Assembly (NCBI GenBank): GCA_037444485.1 | Contig: JBBIMI010000001.1 | Coordinates: forward strand, 50,110-114,109 | Direction: 5' to 3' | DNA length: 64,000 nt | DNA from: Candidatus Micrarchaeota archaeon | Lineage (GTDB): Archaea; Micrarchaeota; Micrarchaeia; Norongarragalinales; Norongarragalinaceae | In this document: one piece after another, positions 59,199 to 64,000 of the stretch | How the letters are laid out: each line of letters opens with the position of its first letter | How positions within the stretch are numbered: the first letter of the stretch is position 1 | Notes under the pieces: generated by a model | Told to the model about the DNA's origin: nothing | Database searches by the model: none | Seen by the model: the letters and a program-made list of their open reading frames with translations, nothing else | Made by a program: the position numbers and the translations under genes

Positions 59199-60506
59199 AT
59201 GTTTCAAAAATTGTTTAACCCCTCGTTCCCGCATTTTTGGAGGAAACTAGTCGGCGCTGAAGCGAAGCAACGCGAAACCGCGATTCGACGCGAAACCGTT
59301 AAATGCGAAGCCACGATCCAGCAATTAAAAACGAGGGTTCAAGAACTGAAGAAACGCGTTGAAAAAGAAACCGCCGCGCGCTTGTTTCAACAAATTCCTT
59401 TAATTGAAAAACAGTTTCGAACACTGTTCGAAACAGTGAAAGCGCTTGAAAACGCGCAGGTAAGCGAACAAACTGCTGGCTTCAAGATTGCTGTGCAAGA
59501 GAAAAAAAATTTTCTTGAGAGGTTCAACTCGTTAACCAACAACTTCACGTTCCCTGAAAGCGAGGAAAACGCGTCCAAATTCGTTCACTCACTAAACCAA
59601 TTCGTGAAGGCGACAGCAAAAAACTTTTCAGACAACAAGTACTTGTACGCTTTTTACAGGAACGAAGCGCGCGCAGTCGGCGAAGCAATAAACGCGTTGA
59701 ATGCAGCGCGCGAAGAGCTCGAGCAAATTGAAAAGCAAGGCGAAAAACAGGCGGGCGAGTGTGCTGCACTGCTCCAGAAAATCTCGTTTTTAGAACAAAC
59801 GCGTGCCTCCGCAGCCAAAGTAGAACGCGAAAAAAACGAACTCGAACACGAAATAGGGAGACTGCGCGCTGAAGCAACTGAAGCTGGAAAGCAAGCCGAA
59901 CAAGCGGAGAAAAACGTTCAACGCTTGCGGGAGGAACTCGCTGCAACAGAGAAAACAGTTAACGCCTTAAAGCAAGAGGCTTACAGCGCGTTCGCGCCAC
60001 TCGAACGACCGCTACGCAAAATACGGAAAAACGTTTTAGTCAAGCGCCTCGCGCGCGTAACAGACGCTTGCCTGACAAGCTTTTTAAAGGAAGCTGAACG
60101 CGAGTTACGCGAAGAAGGTTCATTGAACGACTTAGTTGAACTCGCCGCGTTGCTGGAAAACAAGTTAAACGAAGTAAACAGACTCGCCCGCGACGCGAAA
60201 GACGAAACGAAACTACGCGAGTCAATAAACGCTTTGCGCGGCGGCAGCGTAGAGAAAGCGTTGAGGAAAGCGCTTGATTTTGAAGCGCGTGCGAAACTCG
60301 TTTTGAAGGAAATGCATTTGTTTGAGGAAACCGTGGCGCGCGCCGCAAGCGTGAAAGAGAAGATTGCTGCGCTTGAAAAACGCGTTAGCGATGCGGGCGA
60401 GCTTTCAACTCGGTTAAAGAAAGATTTTCAGGCTTTGAAGGCTGAAGTCGGCGAAAAAGCAAGCGCGTTGTTCGGCGAGGGAATAGTGTTGACTGACGTG
60501 TTTTAA
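59199..60506 (+). CDS. Coiled-coil hypothetical protein
   Basis: 435 aa, E/K/A/R-rich heptads, no motifs recognised. Confidence 0.7.
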   Translation: MFQKLFNPSFPHFWRKLVGAEAKQRETAIRRETVKCEATIQQLKTRVQELKKRVEKETAARLFQQIPLIEKQFRTLFETVKALENAQVSEQTAGFKIAVQEKKNFLERFNSLTNNFTFPESEENASKFVHSLNQFVKATAKNFSDNKYLYAFYRNEARAVGEAINALNAAREELEQIEKQGEKQAGECAALLQKISFLEQTRASAAKVEREKNELEHEIGRLRAEATEAGKQAEQAEKNVQRLREELAATEKTVNALKQEAYSAFAPLERPLRKIRKNVLVKRLARVTDACLTSFLKEAERELREEGSLNDLVELAALLENKLNEVNRLARDAKDETKLRESINALRGGSVEKALRKALDFEARAKLVLKEMHLFEETVARAASVKEKIAALEKRVSDAGELSTRLKKDFQALKAEVGEKASALFGEGIVLTDVF

Positions 60507-60517
60507 CGCGTTCGGTG

Positions 60518-61006
60518 TTAACGCGTCACGCTGATTGTTTTCAAAACGCGTTGTATTTCAGTAACGTGCGTGCCCTTCCAATAAAGTTGCCTGCATTTCT
60601 TGTTGTTGCACCGCCAGAACGCGCGTGCGCGCGCGTAAACGCGGGGGAAAACTTCGCCGCGCACGCTCGCTTTTTTTACGCGCTTCAGTTTTCCTCCACA
60701 TAACGGGCATATGGCTAAGGAAACGTTTTTAGGCAAACGCATTTTGAAGGCTTTAAAGAATTCTTTGAGTTGTTCGCGCAAGTAATTTGATTTGATTAAG
60801 AGCGTTGGCGCGTAGCCGCCTGCCTTTTTCGCGAGTTTTTCGTCGCGAGTCAGGAACACTGACTTCGTTTGCAGGATTTTCTTAATGATTTCGTCGTCTT
60901 CAACGATGCCTAATTCTTTCACGTAAAAAACTTTGATTCCGAGGAGGCGTAGCCAGCGAACGAGTTTTCCTAACATCGCGTCAGCAAGGAATAGTTTTTG
61001 TTTCAT
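60518..61006 (-). CDS. Mut7-C RNase (PIN-like) protein
   Basis: FLADAMLGKLVRWLRLLG, LTRD, CPLC, YWKGTH. Confidence 0.9.
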   Translation of the reverse strand: MKQKLFLADAMLGKLVRWLRLLGIKVFYVKELGIVEDDEIIKKILQTKSVFLTRDEKLAKKAGGYAPTLLIKSNYLREQLKEFFKAFKMRLPKNVSLAICPLCGGKLKRVKKASVRGEVFPRVYARARAFWRCNNKKCRQLYWKGTHVTEIQRVLKTISVTR

Positions 61007-61076
61007 TCTTGGTTTCATTCCGCGCGCTTGGTTCCAATGCACTTCGTTCACCGTGATTCCGCGTCAACGCAGTTCT

Positions 61077-62528
61077 TTAACGCAGTTCTTTTTTGAAGAA
61101 GAAAGAGTGTAGTTCTCGTGCAGCTTGGTCGCTTAAGTTAATCAAATTGAAAATCTCGTCGTCTTTAAGTAAAACCGTTTTTTTAATCGGGTTTTTGAAG
61201 TATGACGCTATTCCGAGGGTTTCCGGGTTTTTGAACCCGCGTTTGAGGAACTCTTCAGCGTTGTTGTTTTCGCGGAGTTCTTCAACGAAAACCTTGCCGC
61301 CTTCAATGAATGGACCTCTCACCGCTTCAGCGTGTTTTGCAAGAAATTTTTTGACTGCCGCCGCGTCGTTGGCAGGCGGGCCGCTTACGCGCACCAGCGC
61401 GCTTCTCTCAAGCGTTGGAAGCGTGAGGAGGATGTAGGCGCTGGACTCGTCGGTGAAACTAGTTGCGGCGAGGACTTTAAAGTCGTTTAACTCTAAGTGT
61501 TTGCGTATTGCGGCAGTCGTTTTTTCTAGTTGAGGGTAAAGAACGTCTTCAACTAAATCTGGTTTAGGGAACTTGAGCAATATTATTTTTGTGGCGCGCC
61601 AGGCTGCAGAGCGTGCCCGGCTTTCCTTGCGTAAGCGCGCTAAGTCAACGCGAATTCGCTTGATTTCAAGGGGTTTTGTTAGGAAAAATCGTTTCTCGCC
61701 TGGATTCGCGTAAAGTGTTTGGCTTAAGGCAATGAACTTGTAAACATTGGTTTCGCTTACTGCAGCGGCGACATTGCGGTTGCGGTCTATCGCGTCTACG
61801 AAAATGAGGGGTTGGTTCGGGAATTTCTTGAGTGCTTCTTCCCTAGAATAATAACCCTCCAAGTCTATAACTACTGGCGGACGCCACTTGCTTGCATTCG
61901 CAATCAAGTTCCAAAAGCTTCTATAGTTTAGAGTAAGGTACTCGCACAACAAGCCTGAAAAGCCTTTAATGCGGAGTTCAGCGCCGTAGATTCCAGCGTT
62001 TTTAAGGAATTGTTTTAGTAAGCGGACGTCTTTCTTTTGCTCGCTGTTCAAGCGTTTTTGCAAGTATTCCATGTGTAGGGGCGAGCGGTCTACAGCGCTC
62101 TTGAGGGGCTCGTGCGGGTTTGCTTGAAAGCAGGGAATAACTTCAACTCGAAAGCCGCGCACTAACGCTTGAAGGTAAGGGTGTTCAGCGTAGTGCATCA
62201 CCCACTTTGCTTTAATCGTTTTTTTCGTTGCTGTAATCGTTTTCTTGATGATGTAATCGCGTGTCTTGTCGCGCGGGAACGAAACGAACAAATCAATGTC
62301 TTTGTCGCCGGCCAACCCTGTGTCGCGCGCGGCGCTGCCAACAAAGTGCACCTTCGCCTCCCTGCCGACCGCTTTCTCGAGCTTGGCGCTTAACTCGCGC
62401 GCCAACGCTTTTTCTAGAACCGCGTCGCGCGGCGAGGGACTAATTTTTTTTAAAACCCAAGCGCGCAGGCGCTTGAACGCCATCGGTTCTCCAGCTTTTT
62501 CGCTTGAAATAGTTTGTTCGAGTTTCAT
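61077..62528 (-). CDS. cca: CCA-adding enzyme (class I)
   Basis: GSAARDT...DIDLF, YAEHPY, AVDRSPLH, GFSG. Confidence 0.95.
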   Translation of the reverse strand: MKLEQTISSEKAGEPMAFKRLRAWVLKKISPSPRDAVLEKALARELSAKLEKAVGREAKVHFVGSAARDTGLAGDKDIDLFVSFPRDKTRDYIIKKTITATKKTIKAKWVMHYAEHPYLQALVRGFRVEVIPCFQANPHEPLKSAVDRSPLHMEYLQKRLNSEQKKDVRLLKQFLKNAGIYGAELRIKGFSGLLCEYLTLNYRSFWNLIANASKWRPPVVIDLEGYYSREEALKKFPNQPLIFVDAIDRNRNVAAAVSETNVYKFIALSQTLYANPGEKRFFLTKPLEIKRIRVDLARLRKESRARSAAWRATKIILLKFPKPDLVEDVLYPQLEKTTAAIRKHLELNDFKVLAATSFTDESSAYILLTLPTLERSALVRVSGPPANDAAAVKKFLAKHAEAVRGPFIEGGKVFVEELRENNNAEEFLKRGFKNPETLGIASYFKNPIKKTVLLKDDEIFNLINLSDQAARELHSFFFKKELR

Positions 62529-62607
62529 GAAAACCGTTTAGTAAAGCGACGGTTTAAATCTTTCGATAACCAAAAATATTGTTTCAAGCATTTCAAAGGT
62601 TTCTGGA

Positions 62608-63924
62608 ATGGATTTAGGTCAAGGCATTCGCAAGGCGCTGGCGAAAATCACTGGCGCGGCGCTCGTCGACGAAAACGCTGTTCGCGAGCTCGTGAAGGAA
62701 CTGCAACGCGTTTTGATTACGAACGACGTTAACGTGCGCCTGGTTTTTGAATTAACCAAGAAAATCGAGGAACGCGCGCTCAAAGAGAAGCCAGTCCCAG
62801 GCTTGACTACGCGCGAGCACGTGGTTAAAGTCGTCTACGAAGAACTGCAAAAAATTCTAGGCGGAAAGTACGAACCTAAACTCGAAAAAAACAGAATCTT
62901 GTTGTGCGGGCTCTTTGGGAGCGGAAAAACAACTACTGTTTCGAAGCTCGCGAAATTCTATCAAGACCGTGGCTTGAAGACTGCCGTCATCGCCGCAGAC
63001 GTGCACAGGCCCGCTGCTTTCGAGCAACTCAAGCAGTTGAGCGAGCAAGCCAAATGTGGTTTTTACGGAATCAAGGGCGAGAACGACGCAGTTAAAATCG
63101 TGGAAGGCGCGTTGAAGGAACTCGCGAAGTACGACGTCCTCATTCTAGACAGCGCTGGACGCAGTGCTTTCGATGAAGAACTCGTTGACGAGTTAAAACG
63201 CGTTACCCGAGTTTTCGCGCCGGACGAGAAACTGCTCGTAGTCAGCGCTGACTTGGGGCAAGTGGCTGGCAAGCAAGCTCAAGAATTCAATAACGCAATC
63301 AGCTTAACCGGCGTTATAATAACGAAGATGGACGGCAGCGGCAAAGGCGGGGGCGCGTTGTCAAGCGTGGCGGTAAGCGGCGGAAAGATAGCGTTCATCG
63401 GAACCGGCGAAAAGCTTGGCGACTTCCAGCTTTTCGACTCGACCAAGTTCGTGGCCGAACTCGTGGGCTTTCCAGACCTCGCCACGCTTTTGGAAAAACT
63501 CAAGGAAGTCAGCGACGCTGAAATCGCGGAGAAAGCCCTCGAAGAAGGAAAACTAGATTACGAGAGTTTTCTCGCTCAAATGCGGGCAATGCGTAGAATG
63601 GGTCCATTAAAGCAAATCATGCAAATGCTTGGAGTCTACGACTTGCCTGAAGAACTCGTGGGCAAGAGTGAAGCGAAAATGAAGCAATTCGAAGCAGCCG
63701 TGTTGAGCATGACTCCACGCGAGCGCGCGAACCCTGAGTTAATGAAGCACCGCGACAGGCAGGAACGCGTCGCGCGTGGCGCGGGGTTGAAGGTGGATGA
63801 AGTACGCGAGCTCGTCAATAACTTCGAGAAAGTCAACAAGATGATGAAGGACTTGCGTAAGAATAGGGGGTTGCTTAAACAATTGGGGAAACTCGCGCCT
63901 GGATTCATGAAAATCGGGAAGTAA
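62608..63924 (+). CDS. srp54: Signal recognition particle protein SRP54
   Basis: GLFGSGKTT, DSAGR, TKMDG, Met-rich M domain. Confidence 0.96.
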   Translation: MDLGQGIRKALAKITGAALVDENAVRELVKELQRVLITNDVNVRLVFELTKKIEERALKEKPVPGLTTREHVVKVVYEELQKILGGKYEPKLEKNRILLCGLFGSGKTTTVSKLAKFYQDRGLKTAVIAADVHRPAAFEQLKQLSEQAKCGFYGIKGENDAVKIVEGALKELAKYDVLILDSAGRSAFDEELVDELKRVTRVFAPDEKLLVVSADLGQVAGKQAQEFNNAISLTGVIITKMDGSGKGGGALSSVAVSGGKIAFIGTGEKLGDFQLFDSTKFVAELVGFPDLATLLEKLKEVSDAEIAEKALEEGKLDYESFLAQMRAMRRMGPLKQIMQMLGVYDLPEELVGKSEAKMKQFEAAVLSMTPRERANPELMKHRDRQERVARGAGLKVDEVRELVNNFEKVNKMMKDLRKNRGLLKQLGKLAPGFMKIGK

Positions 63925-64000
63925 AGTGGTCACCAAATGGGTTTGCAAGCGTTTTTCGCTGATAGAAAAAAAATTGGTTTACTGCTCTTGTTCTTCGTTA

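Overview
Gene-dense archaeal chromosome segment. The content (ribosomal proteins, RadA, TFE, aTrm56, histone, SRP54, mevalonate genes) and the intron-rich tRNAs suggest a DPANN archaeon, probably Micrarchaeota-like; that assignment is inference. The main signal is widespread bulge-helix-bulge (BHB) intron insertion. (1) The RNase HII gene has a 31-nt, stop-containing BHB-like intron at 1741-1771 that splits the catalytic DEAGR|GP motif, so its mRNA appears to need tRNA-type splicing. (2) All four tRNA genes found (iMet, Lys-CTT, Cys-GCA, Arg-GCG) are interrupted, with 7 introns in total, including positions 8/9, 9/10, 43/44 and 59/60. (3) The 59/60 intron of tRNA-Arg is 228 nt long and built largely from 39-nt tandem repeats. 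Other points: a DCD-domain gene split by a frameshift at an A7 run, a candidate structured ncRNA, a Nudix gene between mre11 and rad50, six pilin-like genes, and a rhomboid/E1/Cdc48/S2P cluster. All calls come from reading the sequence by eye; no searches were run.
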